A DNA stretch of 55,005 nt from Thiobacillus sp. (GTDB lineage: Bacteria > Pseudomonadota > Gammaproteobacteria > Burkholderiales > Thiobacillaceae). The notes under the pieces are model-generated. The model was not told the DNA's origin, did not search any database, and saw nothing but the letters and a program-made list of their open reading frames with translations. Made by a program: the position numbers and the translations under genes. Location: the NCBI GenBank assembly GCA_018262815.1, contig JADFDN010000001.1, positions 1 through 55,005 of the forward strand, in the 5' to 3' direction. Below, piece after piece: positions 53,560 to 55,005 of this stretch; the first letter of the stretch is position 1, and every line of letters starts with the position of its first letter.

Positions 53560-55005
53560 ATGCACATGGGACTCTCCGGACGCATCGCCCGCTTCTTTCT
53601 CACGTCCCAGCTCACCCCGCTGATCGCGCTGCTTGCCGCCCTGCTGGGGCTGTTTGCCATTCTGGTCACACCGCGCGAGGAAGAACCGCAGATCAACGTG
53701 ACCATGGCGAACGTCTTCATCCCCTTCCCCGGCGCGTCGGCGAAGGATGTGGAATCGCTGGTGGCCACCCCCGCCGAGCAGGTGCTGTCTCAGATTGCCG
53801 GCATCGAGCACATCTACTCGGTTTCCAAGCCCGGCATGGCGGTGCTGACGGTGCAATATCTGGTGGGGCAGGACCGCACCCAGGCGCTGGTGCGGCTGTA
53901 TGACACCATCCAGGCCAACCGCGACTGGGTTTCGCCCGAACTCGGCGTCGGCGAACCCATCATCAAGCCGCTCGGCATCGACGACGTACCGATCGTCACC
54001 GTCACCCTGTGGACGCGCGACCCGACCCGCGGCGCCTACGAACTGGAGCAGGCGGCGCATGCAGCCGAGATCGAGCTCAAGCGCATCGCCGGCACCCGCG
54101 AAGTCACCACGGTCGGCGGCCCCGGCCGCGCGGTGCGGGTGATGATGGATCCCGACCGCATGGCGGCATTCAACGTCTCCGCGCAGGACATCCGCGACGC
54201 CCTGCAGGTGTCCAACGCGGCGCAACCGTCGGGTACCCTGGTATCCAGCAACCAGGAAATCCTGGTGCAGACCGGCACCTTTCTTGCCGGCGTCGCCGAC
54301 GTCAAGCAGCTGGTCGTCGGCGTCGCGCAGGGCCGCCCGGTCTACATGAGCGACATCGCCAGCGTCGTCGGCGGCCCCGACCAGCCGGCGCGTTATGTCT
54401 GGCACGGTCCCGGCGCAGGCGGCACGCATCAGGCCGATCGGGGCCAGACCTATCCCGCCGTCACGCTGGCGGTCTCGAAGAAGCCCGGCGAGAACGCGGT
54501 CGACGTCGCCGAAGCGGTCATCGCACGCGTCGGAGGCCTGCAGAACAGCGTGCTGCCCGAGGGCGTCGAAGTCAGCGTCACCCGCAACTACGGCGCTACT
54601 GCCGACGACAAGGCGAAGAAGCTGATCCAGAAACTGATCTTCGCCACCGCCTCGGTCGTGCTGCTTGTGCTGTTCGCCATCGGCAAGCGCGAGGCGCTGA
54701 TCGTCGGCGCCGCGGTGCTGCTGACGCTCGCTGCCACGCTGTTCGCCTCGTGGGCGTGGGGCTTCACGCTCAACCGGGTGTCGCTGTTCGCGCTGATCTT
54801 CTCGATCGGCATCCTTGTCGACGACGCCATCGTGGTGGTGGAAAACATCCACCGCCGCATGGGGCTGGACCACGACGGCCTCGAGGCCATCATTCCGCGC
54901 GCGGTCGACGAGGTCGGCGGACCGACCATCCTCGCCACTTTCACCGTGATCGCCGCGCTGTTGCCGATGGCCTTCGTCTCCGGCCTGATGGGACCGTACA
55001 TGAGC
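53560..55005 (+). CDS. RND efflux permease (AcrB/AcrD/AcrF family), 3'-truncated by window end
   Basis: Manual translation: MHMGLSGRIARFFLTSQLTPL...PREEEPQI...LNRVSLFALIFSIGILVDDAIVVVENI.R; no stop seen in this frame. Confidence 0.9.
   Translation, partial: MHMGLSGRIARFFLTSQLTPLIALLAALLGLFAILVTPREEEPQINVTMANVFIPFPGASAKDVESLVATPAEQVLSQIAGIEHIYSVSKPGMAVLTVQYLVGQDRTQALVRLYDTIQANRDWVSPELGVGEPIIKPLGIDDVPIVTVTLWTRDPTRGAYELEQAAHAAEIELKRIAGTREVTTVGGPGRAVRVMMDPDRMAAFNVSAQDIRDALQVSNAAQPSGTLVSSNQEILVQTGTFLAGVADVKQLVVGVAQGRPVYMSDIASVVGGPDQPARYVWHGPGAGGTHQADRGQTYPAVTLAVSKKPGENAVDVAEAVIARVGGLQNSVLPEGVEVSVTRNYGATADDKAKKLIQKLIFATASVVLLVLFAIGKREALIVGAAVLLTLAATLFASWAWGFTLNRVSLFALIFSIGILVDDAIVVVENIHRRMGLDHDGLEAIIPRAVDEVGGPTILATFTVIAALLPMAFVSGLMGPYMS

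Overview
GC-rich betaproteobacterial chromosome segment; gene content and order suggest a Thiobacillus-like sulfur oxidiser (inference). Most of the window is core genome: gloA, plsC-gmhB-glySQ, cca, slt, ilvA/rpiA, yacG-zapD-coaE-pilDCB, ffh-rpsP-rimM-trmD-rplS, ogt-xerD, folB/plsY/tsaD, rpsU-yqeY-dnaG-rpoD-tRNA(CAT), slmA, moeB-like, ctpA-envC-gpmI, and an ArsR regulator followed by an RND efflux operon cut by the window end. The unusual material lies between about 6.6 and 16.6 kb. (1) Two inverted copies of a ~250-nt covarying structured element carry an intrastrand triplex motif. (2) Two paralogous ~50-aa microproteins lie downstream of a consensus sigma-54 promoter and a palindromic candidate enhancer. 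(3) An OmpR/EnvZ-type two-component system sits divergent from three small exported proteins, two of which appear to be paralogues. (4) A lipoprotein-archease-RtcB-Fpr run lies directly downstream of cca. I found no CRISPR array, transposase or prophage. All calls come from reading the sequence and ORF translations; no searches were run.
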